Below are positions 1-13,927 of a DNA stretch of 64,000 bases, piece after piece. Position 1 is the first letter of the stretch. The number at the start of each line of letters is the position of its first letter. Under the pieces are notes generated by a model, which saw only the letters and a program-made list of their open reading frames with translations, was not told the DNA's origin and ran no database searches. Made by a program: the position numbers and the translations under genes. The stretch comes from Carcharhinus longimanus (lineage: Eukaryota), in NCBI GenBank assembly GCA_030264375.1, contig JASCQW010000150.1, forward strand, positions 23,169,407 to 23,233,406, read 5' to 3'.

Positions 1-3000
1 CCTTATACAAGTTAACCAATTATGTTCTGGCTTGCATGTGGCCTCTTAAGTATCCTGCTCTTTTCTGGAAGTGCCAATGAAGCAACACTCTGAAGGGTGT
101 GGAGCATAGGACTGGGAACCAACTACATAATCTATTAGACTCAGTCACTCAGTCCTGAAATGGAAAGCAGACTTCCGGCTAAAATCATGCATCAGATCAA
201 GCCCAAGATCAGGTGCAATGCCTTTTCCTGTCAGCTTGGATCTTGTTTGTCTCTCTTGTGAGGACCATGAATTGGATTCAATTTGAATTTGATTTCTGGA
301 ACAAGCAACGAGTTGGATTCAAGTCTGCCCAGCCTACTCTGTGCATTAGCTTTGTAACTTTAAGAATGGAGTAAAAATTAAAACAAAAAAATTAAACCAC
401 AATGGGGTTCCATTCCATTACTTTCAGTTCAGTGTTTGTTTGTGAGATGGATAAACCTGTTGGGTCAATAAAACGATCTATCAGGCCACAGTACTACGAG
501 CTTTTTTTTGTTTGCAATGGAAATCTGAAGAAGCTGTGCTAGAAGATGCTTGGCTGAAAGAAAACCCTTCATAAAATCCCTTTACAAAATCCAATCTCAT
601 TTGGTAAGATCACATTTTAATCATTATTGTATTTGCAATTAAATCCTTGAAGAAAGATCCATTTTATTGAACACCAACGCATCTTATGCATGTCCCTCAA
701 CAGTCAGTGCGCAAAGTTATGATAATGTGACCATTGCTGTTATAAAATTGTGGAAAAAATATAATTGTAACATGTAATTTCCCATCATTTCCAATTTTCA
801 CACTGTTGTATCTTAGTTTAGTTTCATGAATTCAACCAGGCAATGCTCTCTCAGCTCAAGGTGACAGAGATGAACAGTGTCAAGGAACAGATACTTATGT
901 CACAGTTCAAGTCTTTTCTGATGGATGTAGAAATTTACTCGGTGGGTAGTGTGCTTTTAGAACTTTTATGCAATATATTATATTGACTTACAAACGCAGA
1001 CCCAAAGAAACAAATAAATTAAAGGCATGACAGTTTAAAAAAAAATCAAGGCCCCAGGGTTGAAATAGTTTCAGGAAGATCAAGCCAGGCTTGCGTTTAG
1101 AGTGAGTTTGTTTGGATTTACTGCCAACTGCATTTGGGTGGCCTTTCAATTTGTCTACTTAAGCCAACCCATTAATAAACAAAAGCAACAATGAAAAGGC
1201 ACCACTATCTAACCACACCAAATAATTGAGAGGCCACTTCCAGCCAGCCCAGCCAAGGGGGTGGCCCTGTGACAGTCTGTTCAGCCGAGGCTGCCAGCAT
1301 TTCAGCAAGAAAAAGTGAAACCTCCTTGCCTTTGGTCCTGCCACCGGGCAGGCTCCTGCAGAAGTCAGGGTCAAGAGCTAAGTCCTGTCCTTTTTACCCA
1401 GACAACTGGGGTCAAGAGCAGTGAACTGATTTTTGGTTTCACAATATACAGAGACAGCTTAATAGACTGGCTCCTTTTTCAACGTAACACACATAGTTCA
1501 AATGAGCCTGGCCGTCACCCTTTTTTTTAAAGGGAGTTTAACTGCCAAAACTTGAAGCCATGCCACTTTATAACACTCAAGACACGCGGCATTCCTTTTT
1601 AGATCCCAAGTAACAATTATTAATTCCACATCTGAAACAACACTTTACCAACATAACGTTACTGTATTTTTGAAACTCTGCGCATGACTGACTGAGGTTA
1701 AAGTGAAATATATGCAAGTAGTACAAAACTCCATGGTAGCACTGCAATTTACCTTGAATGTAGTTTATACTATATTGTCCTGGTCGGGCCCCTATCATTC
1801 TGTGTGTTGATTATGAACTCACGAGAAATGAATCTGTTAGTTTGAAAAGGGATATTGTAACTTTAGCAATTCATAACTAATTTTTTTAAAGCAAATAAAA
1901 ACTGAAAATACTGGAAATCCGAAGGAAAATCAAATGCCATACTTGGAAGTCTGACAGCCAGTGAAAAGAAAAAAAACAAATTCATGCTTCAAATTTAGAC
2001 CTTCCGTCAGAAAACAAAGGGTAGAATTTTCTCTTCCTGCCCATGACGGCAACAGCTGAGAATCTAGGAGCCAAAAAGTCAGAAAACGGCCACTGTAAAA
2101 TCACAGCGCAATTTTTCCATTTATGTGCATCTCATGAATGCTCATTCAAACGGCTGCCTGCCATCAGGCCTTCCAATCCTGCGTCAGTCCATGTTAGAAA
2201 TCACATCCGCATAAAACCCAATTGCTGAAGAGGCGGTGTGCACAAGTCAGTTGGCAAGCGATTTTGAGATGAGTACAACAATACTTTCTGTTATAGTGCT
2301 GCACTGCCCCTGATGCATTGTACACCACTCTGCCAAAGAAGACCTCCATGCCGAACTTGTCTTCATGGACAGCACTGTGCTGCTGGACTCATGAACCCTC
2401 CTGTGTCACCGAGTCAGATCAGCACAGCGCTTGGGGCTGAGACTGTAGGGGGCTCCTCCCTGATTGTGCCACACGCCAATATCCGTTTGGACAGCAGTGC
2501 GCTGTGGGAATCATGCAGCCACCACAACAGAGGTCCAAATTTCAAACAGGAGTAGAGTGCGAGGTGAGGTGTGGGGGGGTTGCTGACAAAGACAAAGGGG
2601 GCAATGAGGAAGGAGGGCTGTGCGAGGAGAGAACCAAGTGAAGGGTCATTATGTCAGACAGAGGGACAAGGAGGTGATGAATAAATGTGAATAATGGAAG
2701 ACCAAGGGGAGGGTAGCTGGACCCTGACAAAGCTGCATGAAAAGCTCACAAACAAGGGGTCAAAGAGATACCACATCATTTACTGGAAGAGGATGACTGA
2801 ACGCTCCAGATGCAGTGAGTAGATGCCCAAGAGGTACGTAGCGCCTCATTGGTGATGGACATGGAAGTTGGTTGAACTGAGGAACAGGTTTCTCTTGAGA
2901 CTGTGAGTCTTTTACCTCTGGGTTACCGACATTCTCCACGGTCTGGTTAAAACAGCTGGGCTGGAGAGAGTGATATGAGTATGCTGGACTGGTGTTAAAA

Positions 3001-5279
3001 AATGGTGCTGGGACCATTAAACCTGTCAGCTGAAGGTGGGCAGCTGAATCCATTGCCAGCCCACCAGGCGTTTCAGAGAGGAACTGTCTATGCATAATTC
3101 ATGAGATTCCTAACACAGAATTTGGCGTGGTATCAAACCATTTACTGCTTTGAGTTCATCATCAATATTAACTGTTTACAGAGAGTATCAGCTCTGATCT
3201 AAGCGTGCATGGAGGGGCGAACTTAACTTCATCCGCCCCTCCCCACCCCACCCCACCCCACCCAGGAACAAGCTGGGATGTGATGAGCTTTGGGGGTTGA
3301 GTTGCAGAATCAAGAGGGAAAACAGGATAGTGTTGTGTCCATCGCCTTCCCNNNNNNNNNNNNNNNNNNNNNNNNNNNNNNNNNNNNNNNNNNNNNNNNN
3401 NNNNNGAGGTCAACTGTGGCCAATTGAGTCATGCGTAAGAAAAAAGCACACTTGAAGAGGGGGCTAGATATTCCTCCTTGCGTTCAAAGTTCAGTCTCTC
3501 TACTAAATGATCAGATGGTCTTTTTTACAGCAATAGACTCATATCATTCTATATCTCGACTAGTACAATAGTTAAGGATGCAATAATGAATTATCCTCGT
3601 GACCTGGATCGGATATGCACGCACACACTAAGTTAACATCGGATAAAGCAAGATCTGATTTGAATCATTAAGCTGCCTTTGTAAACAATAAAGTGAAAGC
3701 ACAAGGCAATAGGTGTAATCAGATTCACTTTGTTCAATTGATAGAACTAATCTCCACATAATGACGTAAAAATAATGAACATGCTTTGCTACACCACTTC
3801 AGTCGGTTGTCTTGCGTGACTTAAACAGAGAATTCCCCTACAACCTAATTTTTTGAGCTTGCCTTTTTCTGGGGGCTTTCTGCCTCATTAGCTTCTCTAC
3901 TGGCAAAGCTCAACTGCTGTTTAGGTGTCTGACATTCTGCTTTCTTCCTAGCCACTCAGCCAGAAGAAGTTCAGAAACTTTCTGAAACAATGGATGCAAG
4001 GTGCTTTACTTATTATTTATAGCCTATGAAGAAATAACTTCAAAGCTACTATTCTAGGTACCATCTAAGACACCCCGTTTTTAAAATAGGTACTACGCTT
4101 TTGAAACATAACCTCTAAAGTAATTCAGTGATAAAATGATCAAAGGATCCCAAACTGAAACAATAAAGGAGCTATAAAAGAGTTATCAATCATGGAGTGA
4201 ACTCTCAGCTTCTCCAGAATTGTCATTGAAAATATATATCAATACTTACGGTGAAAATTAACTCTATTGATTTATCAACTTATCTTCAATTTGTTCTCTG
4301 TTGTGTTTTCTATGTAAGCAAACATAGGGAACTAGACTACTCAGCATTCTTACTTGGGTAGTTTGATATCACAGGCAGATTACAACAACAAATTGATCTA
4401 ATTGGCTAAGAAAGTGTGCATTAACATGTGATAAAAGGGTATATTGCTAAACTAGGCTTAATAGATCCAAAGTGTGTTATTAAACAGCCTTTAATGGTTG
4501 GCACTTGCTAATGTCCTATCAGTCCAGTAACAATTATGTTCTAGTACAGTTTATGCTTGATTAGGACCTTGGCTCTTGCTTATTGCTCTAATTGACTCTC
4601 TGGGCATGGGCAGTATTTTACCTATGGCGTGTTGTTCCCGCCTGTGGAACCAGAAATAGGTGGTACTTCCACTCTCTTTGTTTTTTGCTGCTCCTATGCA
4701 ATTCAAATAAAATTCGAAGTGCCAGTGGTGGGTACAGCAAGACATGTGCAATCACATGCCAGTGGAAGTTTTTCATAAGTGAAACTCACCATCGGCTAAC
4801 AATGCAGCAGGCTTGAGCAGATTAACTTCTGGATAGGCAGGCACAGGCATAACCTAGCTGCCAAGTACCAGTACACATCATTTATGTTGCCTTCCCTAGA
4901 TGGTTGCATCCTGATCAACCACCCCTCTGGTGTTGTGGCCTCTTTTGTTGACTGGCAAGAGCCCTCCTTTTTCACAACTTCTCCTCCTACTCCTGAGGTT
5001 GAAGGAGTATTGAATATATGAGAGCCATTGATATTCCAGCAATTAATCTGTTTGAATAAGGCAGACACTGAGGTAAACACATGTGTCACCAGGAGGATGG
5101 AACTCCATTGCACTGATGAGCAGTGAGATTTTCAACTCCTTCCACCATCCATGATCAAAACTTCACTCACCACATACCAGGCTCCTCACACTTCAAACTT
5201 CAATCCTGGAACCACACATGCTTTTGGTCATTGTAACATTTTCAATAGAAGCTGTTACCTCCAACTTTTTCCTGACATT

Positions 5280-5280
<1 letters not shown>

Positions 5281-5320
<40 letters not shown>
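5281..5320 (+). repeat. (AC)20 microsatellite
   Basis: Perfect dinucleotide run. Shorter (CA)n runs lie at ~53188-53213, 61180-61199 and 61647-61671. Confidence 0.97.
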
Positions 5321-5323
<3 letters not shown>

Positions 5324-5990
5324 AACCATCATGCACTACTGACTTCATCCTGAAGGTACTACTAAATTACAAAAAGTGTTAATAATAATAAGCATTCATT
5401 GTATGCAAATTTATTACAAGTAGGAACATAGAGGTAGCATGAGGCCTGACCCACCGTTGCCACATTGTTCAATCTCTGCACTTTAACCTGCCACAGGGAA
5501 ACTAAAAGCTTGGTTCCCGCCTAGTTAAATCATCCCGCCTATCACTTTATCCACTCTTATGGGCCCCATAAGGTGTTCCACTCTGTCTTCAAATCTACTA
5601 TTAGAATCTCCTGGTACATTCACTATCACACAAAATGTAGCTTTTTGTCTCAGCCAGCCGACTGTGTACAACGTTAATAGCAGCTAGCATTATCAACATT
5701 AGACTAAGTGAAAAGCATGTGGGTGTTTGGGACACCAGCTCAACAGCATGTCAATGACAGCTACATGCCAGCATAAGGTGAGGATAGATAACCAGTCACA
5801 AAAGTTGAGAAGCCTGCTGCTCTGAAAGTCCCCAATTGCAGGCAATAAATACAAAATGATTACAAAGCAGAATTTTCAAAGCTGTCAAATGAGAACTGAC
5901 AATCTGAAGAATACAACATTAAGCATGTCAAATGGAAAGGGCAATTCCAAATTATTTGCTTCAACTCTTATCAATTGGATACATATATTA

Positions 5991-6293
5991 GTTTATTTAT
6001 TTATGTCACAAGTAGACTTGCATTAACACTGAAATGACGTTACTGTGGAAATCCCCCAGTCGCCACACTCTGGCGCCCATTCAGATACACTAAGGGAGAA
6101 TTTAGCACGGCCAATGCATCTAACCACCGTGTCTTTTGGTCTGCAGGATGAAACCGGAGCACTAAGAGAAAACCCACGCAGACACGGGAAGAGCGTGCAC
6201 ACTCCGCACAGACAGTGACCCAAGCCAGAAATTGAATCTAGGTCCCTGGCACTGTGAGGCAGCAGCGCTCACCATTGTGCCATCGTGCTGCCC
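5991..6293 (-). mobile_element. tRNA-derived V-SINE (tail type A)
   Basis: tRNA-like head, V-domain TGTGxGGAGTxTGCA...GCGTGGGTTTxCTC, tail gtaagxctacttgtgac-aataaa. Confidence 0.9.
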
Positions 6294-7106
6294 TGGGTTC
6301 AACAGTCAAAGCCAGCTGAATTGATCAAACTGCCACGTGGACACTGCTATTTGGTTAACTGATACATCAACAACTGTTGCTACCCGAGCTAACTGTGAAG
6401 TATTCTAGTTCTGAGTTACTTAATTTATTCACAGTAAGCCACACACTCAAGAATCTGCATCAGATAGATCAATATCTGCAGATATCTTTTTGCAAGAATG
6501 CTAATGAAATCTAACGGCAGGTATGAGACTGAAGATTTGATTAATATTGACCACTATTCTGTGCCAGCTCCGTGTTCCTTTGTTGGCTGGTGCCACTATT
6601 TTAAGTTCAGTGATTATTATGTTCCCATCATCATCCCTTGGGATACCAGCTAGGAACATACGGATTCTTCATATTTTGAAAAATTAAAAACCAGTTTATA
6701 ATGGAATAGATATTATGGTCAAATCAGTTTCAAAAATACACAATTATTTTCTCAAATTTAATAAATTATAATGCAAAGTATTACTTTGCAATAAAATTAC
6801 ATCTAACAGAAGATTTTTTTTAAAAGTTGTATTATAACTCTCTTTCTCCCATCTGCCAGCCCCACTCAGATCCAAGGATGACATTGCAGCTTCCTTATCC
6901 CTCAATCGAGTTCAGACCATTCAAATACTAACCCCATTCTGTTTCGAAGCTACTGTGAGATCTTAGTGCTGAAACTCCAGTCTTCATTTTTCTGGCTCTA
7001 TTCTTATCTGTCCATTCTTAACCAGAAAATCACCTGCATTAACTTCCTTTGCAAGAAGTCTCACAACATTAGGTTAAAGTCCAAAAGATTTACTTGGTAG
7101 CACAAG

Positions 7107-7143
7107 CCACAAGCTTTCTGAGCACTACCCCTTCATCAGGTGA
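7107..7143 (-). ncRNA. Second minimal hammerhead motif, sense to the NFI pre-mRNA
   Basis: Minus strand reads tcac-CTGATGA-a-ggggt-agt-gctca-GAAA-gc-tt-gtgg. The base of stem II is mismatched. Confidence 0.7.
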
Positions 7144-8417
7144 GTAGGAGTTCTGTTCACAAACACAGCATATAAAGACACAAACTCAATTTACAAAATA
7201 ATGGTTGGAATGCGAGTCTTTACAGGTAATCAAGTCTTAAAGGNNNNNNNNNNNNNNNNNNNNNNNNNNNNNNNNNNNNNNNNNNNNNNNNNNNNNNNNN
7301 NNNNNNNNNNNNNNNNNNNNNNNNNNNNNNNNNNNNNNNNNNNNNNNNNNNNNNNNNNNNNNNNNNNNNNNNNNNNNNNNNNNNNNNNNNNNNNNNNNNN
7401 NNNNNNNNNNNNNNNNNNNNNNNNNNNNNNNNNNNNNNNNNNNNNNNNNNNNNNNNNNNNNNNNNNNNNNNNNNNNNNNNNNNNNNNNNNNNNNNNNNNN
7501 NNNNNNNNNNNNNNNNNNNNNNNNNNNNNNNNNNNNNNNNNNNNNNNNNNNNNNNNNNNNNNNNNNNNNNNNNNNNNNNNNNNNNNNNNNNNNNNNNNNN
7601 NNNNNNNNNNNNNNNNNNNNNNNNNNNNNNNNNNNNNNNNNNNNNNNNNNNNNNNNNNNNNNNNNNNNNNNNNNNNNNNNNNNNNNNNNNNNNNNNNNNN
7701 NNNNNNNNNNNNNNNNNNNNNNNNNNNNNNNNNNNNNNNGTTGTGTGGTGTTGTGGTCACTGTTCTCCTGAAGGCTGGGTAGTTTGCTGTGGACAATGGT
7801 CTGTTTGAGGTTGTGCAGTTGTTTGAAGGCAAGAAGTGGGGGTGTGGGGTTGGCCTTGGCGAGATGTTCATCTTCATCAATGACATTTTGAAGGCTCCAG
7901 AGAAGATGTCTCCGGAGCTGCTGCAGGAAAGGATGTCCTGAGGCATGGTACACTGGGAAGACCATTCAGATGCTACAAGGACGAATGAATGAACACCACT
8001 CAACAATCACCAGGCAAGAGTGTTTCCTTCCTGTTGGGGAACACTTCAGCGGTCACAGGCATTTGGCCTCTGATCTTCAGGTAAGCGTTCTTCAAGATGG
8101 CCTCACGACACACAACAGTGCAGAGTTGCTGAGCAGAGACTGATGGCCAAGTTCTGCACACATGAGGACAGCCTCAACAGGGATCTTGGGGTCATGTCAC
8201 ACTATCCGTAACCCACACGACTTGCCAGGGCTTGCAAAATCTCACTAACTTCCTGGCTGAAGACAATACACATCTCTTTAGCCTGTGCTTAACCCTCTCT
8301 CCACTCCCATTGTCTGTACCTTTAAGACTTGATTATCTGTAAAGACTCACGTTCCAGCCATTATCTTGTAAATTGAGTTTGTGTCTTTATATGCCCTTTT
8401 GTGAACAGACCTCCCAC

Positions 8418-8454
8418 TCACCTGATGAAAGGGCAGTGCTCCGAAAGCTTGTGG
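8418..8454 (+). ncRNA. Minimal hammerhead ribozyme motif in the Penelope terminal repeat
   Basis: tcac-CTGATGA-a-agggc-agt-gctcc-GAAA-gc-tt-gtgg: core boxes, stem II, palindromic AGCT stem III and stem I (tcac/gtgg). The base of stem II is mismatched. Confidence 0.75.
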
Positions 8455-8559
8455 CTTGTGCTACCAAGTAAACCTATTGGACTTTAACCTGGTGCTGTGA
8501 GACTTCTTGCTGTGCTTACCCCAGTCCAACGCTGGCATCTCCACATCTGACTTCCTTTC

Positions 8560-9555
8560 CCACTCCTGCATAATCCACTGAGTTTCCTCTGGTGTCCCCT
8601 GAAGATCTATGCTTACCTTGTATTTCTTACTTAAATGCTGCCCCTCATAGAAACATATCAGGTTCAACATGCACGCTGGTGACACCCCAACCCTACCTTC
8701 CAACAATCTCTCTTGACCCCCTCCACTATCTTTAAATTATCAAACTGCTTCTATAACATCCAATATTGAATAAACAGAAATTCCTTTCAATTGAACATTG
8801 GGAAGACCAAAGGCATTGACTTCAGTCCTCACCATAAACACCATCCCTCTTCCTGGAACTGCACAATCCTAAACCAGACTGTTTTTGATCTTGGTGTTGT
8901 ATTTTACCCTGAAATGAGGTTCTGACCACAATGTCCACAGCTACCTCTATTACGGTGCTGCTCAAACCCTCATCCATACCTCTGTTATCTCTCGGTTTGA
9001 TGATTTTAACAAACTTCTAGCCAGCCTTATACCTTCCAACCCCATAATCTCTTGGTCTTCCAAATCTCTTCAAATCCAAACTTGGACCAAGTTGCATTTA
9101 CTCATCAGCCTTATGCTTGCCAATCTACATTGGTGCTCAAGTAAGTAACTCTTCCTTCCTTGCTTTCAAATCTTTGTTTTCAAATCTCCATAAGGCCTCA
9201 CCCTTCTCTACCTCCGCTACCTCCACCAGCCCAACAATCCTACAAGATTTCAGCACTAGTCCAACTCCTGGGTCTTATGCATTCCAAATTTGAACTGCCA
9301 CACCACTGACAACTGTGCCTTCAGTTATCAATGTCCTAAGCTCTGGAATTCACACCCTAAACATCTCCAACTTCTCTCTTTCTTCCTTGAAGACACTATT
9401 TGAAACAGACCCTTTTTTCTAAACTATTGGTCACTGCCATAACATCTCCTTAGATGACTTGGTGTCAAAATTTAATTGAAAATACTCCCATGAAGCCCCT
9501 TGGGGTGATTTTGCTACATTCAAGACGTTATATAAATGCAAGAAGTTGTTGTTCA
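8560..9555 (+). mobile_element. Old L2 LINE 3' portion (host of the Penelope insertion; continues at ~6850-7050)
   Basis: Degenerate L2 RT (aattcctttcaattgaacattgggaagaccaaagg resembles NFLQLNIGKTE), aagctctggaattc, and the L2 terminus tatataaatgcaag..ttgttgtt. Confidence 0.75.
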
Positions 9556-11681
9556 CTAAAATGCAGATGTGAATATAATTTTTTTCATGACTACCTAACT
9601 ACCAAAAGATGCGATGATGAGCATAATCCAAACCACCCATCTCTGCCAGCCCTCCTAGCGTGTAGCGGTATAAGTTTGATCAAGCAAAGAAGGGACAGAT
9701 CAGTGTTATACAATAATCCATAAATTTGGTTAAATCTGTTTAAAACTTGCCAATGGAAACAGTGTTTGTAGATAACTGGTACTGTAGTCTTACTTCATTT
9801 TCTACCCGCCTGAATTGTTTCTGAGGCAAAACCAATTCTCACTATCCCCATGGCTTCCTGTGCCCAGGTTCTGCAATATTACTTCTGACGAGACACATCG
9901 ATACAGCTGAAACATGATCGATATGTTCTGAATCAGTAACTTGATCTAGTACACACAGTACCTGATGTAAAGCCAGCAGCTGCTCCTGCCATTTACTGTA
10001 GCAAAGCCATGTGATTTCTTGTTCAACAATCTACAGTACTTGTCAATTTCATAAACACAAAATGAGCTGACTGGAGATCTAGACAAAGGGCCCTAAGAAA
10101 ATAATGGCTGGAGATAAAGGAACTTAAAAAATATTGATAAGCATGAATCCAGTACAGAGAACGAAAGGGAAGACAGGGGCTGACTTTAACTATTACTGTT
10201 CTGGCATATAGTTCCACTGGAAACCATTAAGTATGAGAAGAACATCGCACCAAAGCATTAAGCGATAATGTCAACATCACAAATAATCAATTCAGCTAAT
10301 ACCTCTTCCAGCACACCTGGAAAAGTTGGATGTTCTTGTAACTTGCACATTACTTAAATCATTCACAGCTTCTCCCTGTTAAGTAAGCTACAATTTCCCA
10401 CGATTTGTCCAAGAAGAAATCAATAGTCCAGAGACTGCTGCCGGAGTAACAGTAAAACTAATGGTGCTCATCATTATTCATGTAAAAATGCTACAGCAAC
10501 TTCAGATAAGGGGCAGATGCATGGATAAACTCAAATTTCCAAACTGCTTCATGCAAATACCATCTTACTCTCTACCTTATCATTAAGATGAGTCAAATGG
10601 TAGGAAGTCACTGTATTTGCACAGTAAATACAAGTTGGACCCATGCCAAAAAGTTAAAAAGCCTCAACCATTTTGTCAACCACTGGTACGAAATTTAACT
10701 ATTATGGCTGTGGAGATTCATTCTTCTAAGTTATCATTGTTGTTGGAGATTTTAGAAACATTTGTATACTTTTCCTTTACTTTTGTCGTTTTATTCCAAT
10801 TTTTAAAAAAATTCTCCTTTTGTACCTGATGTGGCACTGAATTCACCCAGTCTCATTTACACCTCCTTTGCTATCCTTGCACTGTTTATTTCACAATTCT
10901 TCAATCTGATTGGTTAAAGAGATACATAAATCTTTGCCCTGTGAAGTCTGATCTCGGTATGCTCTTACTGAAACTTTATCAATTCACATTTTCAGCAACT
11001 TGGAATACAAACATTTAAAAATCTGACTATCACAGGCAAATATAACTGACAGCAGAACTGGTAAATGCCCTGCTGCAATACGATCTGAGCCAATATCTAT
11101 TAAAATTAATTTTTGTTTAAAGAGCAGTCTTGTCCTTGGTCTTCTACCTTTTGAATATTGAAAAAAGTGTTGTGAATGTACAGAATATGCCGATGACTTG
11201 CATTCTGCTGAGAGTTTTCTATTTCTTGTACCCAGAGTTATTTCCAAAGTTCAAACATCCTTTTTATATAAATTCATATCCTGGCACATACTTGAACAAA
11301 GCAAATCTTTTGGACAGCACTTGACATTTTTAAAAATCTTCTGCGCCACTGAATTAAACTTAAGTCTCATTTGAAATCAAATTCATAAGAGTGAATATTA
11401 TTATCCCACTACTACTCGCTATTTACAATATGGCCAACTCAAAACTAATTTTTGCCATGCACCACTTGTGTAACATTTCAGATTTTGGAGTGTTGCTCAG
11501 TCCTTTTTGCCAAATGAATATATATGTTTAGTAAATGTACTCTTGCCTCAATGTTGTACCCCTTCCAACACTTTCATGTTCTGTTTTTAAGCTGAACACT
11601 GATTAACCTTTTCTATCCCTGTTGCAACTCAACCTAATAGCTGAGATGCTGCGTTTTACATCTGAACTCTCTGGCAGATGT

Positions 11682-11990
11682 GGGCGGCACGGTGGCACAG
11701 TGGATAGCACTGCAGCCTCATAGTGCCAGGGACCTGGCTCGATTCCTGGCTTCGGTCAGTGTGTGGAATTTGCACATCCTCCCTGTGTCTATGTGGGTTT
11801 CCTCTGGGGGCTGCAATTTCCTCCCACAGTCAAAAAATGTGCTCGTTAGGTGCATTGGCTATGCCAAATTTTCCCTCAGTGTACCCGAACAGGTGCCCGA
11901 GTGTGGCAACTAGGGGGATTTCACAATAACTTCATTGCAATGTTAATGTAAGCCTATTTGTGACCAATAAATAAACTTTATTTTACTTTA
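11682..11990 (+). mobile_element. tRNA-derived V-SINE (tail type A)
   Basis: gggcggcacggtggcacagtgg (A box), ggctcgattcc (B box), V-domain and type A tail. Confidence 0.92.
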
Positions 11991-13927
11991 TACTTGTCCA
12001 ATGAAGTATTGTGTTGAATTATCTCAGTTTACAGATTGAAAACATTCATATTACCCAAATTTGAAACACTAACTGTCAGAAATAATATTTGGGGACTTGA
12101 TGATCTCAATTGTACTGGTTATTCCATAAGAAAAATCTATGGATTAGCCAAAGGCACCATGCAACTCTGACAGTAGTGCCTGCTAACTCTATAATAGTTG
12201 GTTAATAGCATGGAACAGGATGGCCAGAATTAGATCCAAGGTGCCTGGCAGGGTTTTTGTTGATTTCAGTAGTTCAGCGGTACTTCCAGTGAACTATCTG
12301 CAGTTGTGGATCAAGTCCCAAGATGGCCTGTCACTCCAATCCATTGTTTGAGTAGAGAATTACTTTTGTCATTTCTCACCAAATGCACCAAAGTGAAAGC
12401 TTATGGCAGGATCCCTTAACGAAGAAGTTAAAGTTGGCTCCCCACACTGTGAGCATTGAGGATTCCAGAGACTAGGCTATCCTTGCTTCCAAGCTGTGGG
12501 AGGCTGCAGGGAAATGAGCTGATCCTGCAAAGGAAGTATTAAAAATAAAGAGTGAAGGAATTTAGGATTAGAATAAAGTAAAACTAAAATGTATGCTCAA
12601 CTCCAGAACCTGCCAGATAATTCATATTTGTCTGTGTCAAAATATTTAACTTTCTTTGAGGAACTGCAGGTGCAGATTAACACTTCTTATTCTAGGACTG
12701 TATCCAATCAATTGCTCCAGCAAAAATACAGCTTCATTTGCCAATGCAATTCAACTCCTTTGGAGGCATTCCTCAGTCTGGAGATTAACTATTATCCTGT
12801 AGTTGGCATGTTGGAACCAGCTATGCAATATCTGTGATATTCATTTAAATGGAGACACAGTCACACACAAAGGGAATTTCACTAAATTAACAAGCCTGAA
12901 ATTAAAGATGATTCAAAACTGCAACTCCTGTAATAAAAGTATCTCTTGAAAATGGGAGTGCCAAATTGCCTCCATTGGACCATAGTATAAAGAATAAGAT
13001 ACTCTAAAAATGCTTATTTTTTGTATGGGGAAATATAATAAATTAACTATCATGAATTTATTTCATACTGTTTTAAATGAAAGTGAAAACTATGTCCAAC
13101 TATTGTTTTGCAAACTAATGTAATGACAAACCAAAGTGTTTCTATCTCAAAGAAAGAGCTGAAGAATGCAGAAAATAGTATTGGAGAAAGACACACTATT
13201 TTCTTTAGAATTTTCTAAGTTAAATAGAAAATTGTAGAGGTTTTAGGACAGCCACACTCATCCGGAAACTGTAAAATCCCGCCCAAGGTCAACGAACCTT
13301 CCCATGTTCCACCCCTCGCCAGCTCCGATTCCCGTGGTGGGCAGGCCAGTAAAATTTCAGCCAATAAATTCTGCAAGGGCAAATGCCTTAAGAGGGTAAA
13401 ATTAACCCGTTTTGTTCTTAATCTTTGACAATTCCAAGTTTTGTTTCTAAATATTTATTTGTTTCTCTAAGTCTAAGTAAATATTTTACTTATTTTAGTT
13501 TGTCTGTAAGCTGCACTTTCATATTCTCCTTGCCAAGGTAGTTCTAAATACAGTACTAATGCATGTTCAGTGCAGAGGTAACTACTGTTGGATAATTGCT
13601 AACTTGGAACATACATCAACTGCAAGGATGGCCTACTTAAAAAGGTACAATTACTGAATCTCGAGGATGAAGTCACCTGATTGTAACGGTTGTGAAATCA
13701 CCGAAAGAGAAAATGGGATTAGAAAATACTTGAATCATCTGACTGCTGTACACATGAGGCACTCAACACACACTGACTCTATGGTGGCAGTGCAAACTTA
13801 GAGCTCTAGCCATCTTAATGTCAAGACAGCTAATGTTTTGGAACCACACAGAATGTCAAAGGATTGGCTGTAAGTTTTTCCAAAATTTTTATTTTACTTG
13901 TAGGCTTTTAGAAAAACATGGTTCATA

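Larger units (their letters stand above)
7051..8547. mobile_element. Penelope-like retroelement, two 5'-truncated copies in inverted (fold-back) arrangement
   Basis: 7922-8211(+) encodes a degenerate GIY-YIG end (CRKGCPEAWYTGKT...RMNEH...PVGEHFSGH...EQRLMAKF...LNRDLG). 7740-7915(-) encodes the preceding linker (PPLLAFKQLHNLKQTIVHSKL). 7051-7243 is the reverse complement of ~8319-8510. acttccttt is duplicated at 7042-7050 and 8550-8558. There is an N gap inside. Confidence 0.9.

Noticed and set aside
3236-3263. (CCCCA)n tract, a potential G-quadruplex on the sense strand
   Set aside because: Short low-complexity run with nothing else suggesting function.
8461-8706. Peptide VEMPALDWGKHSKK recurring in three ORFs (8461, 16393, 58873)
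   Set aside because: It is the antisense reading of the Penelope 3' terminus, not a protein family.
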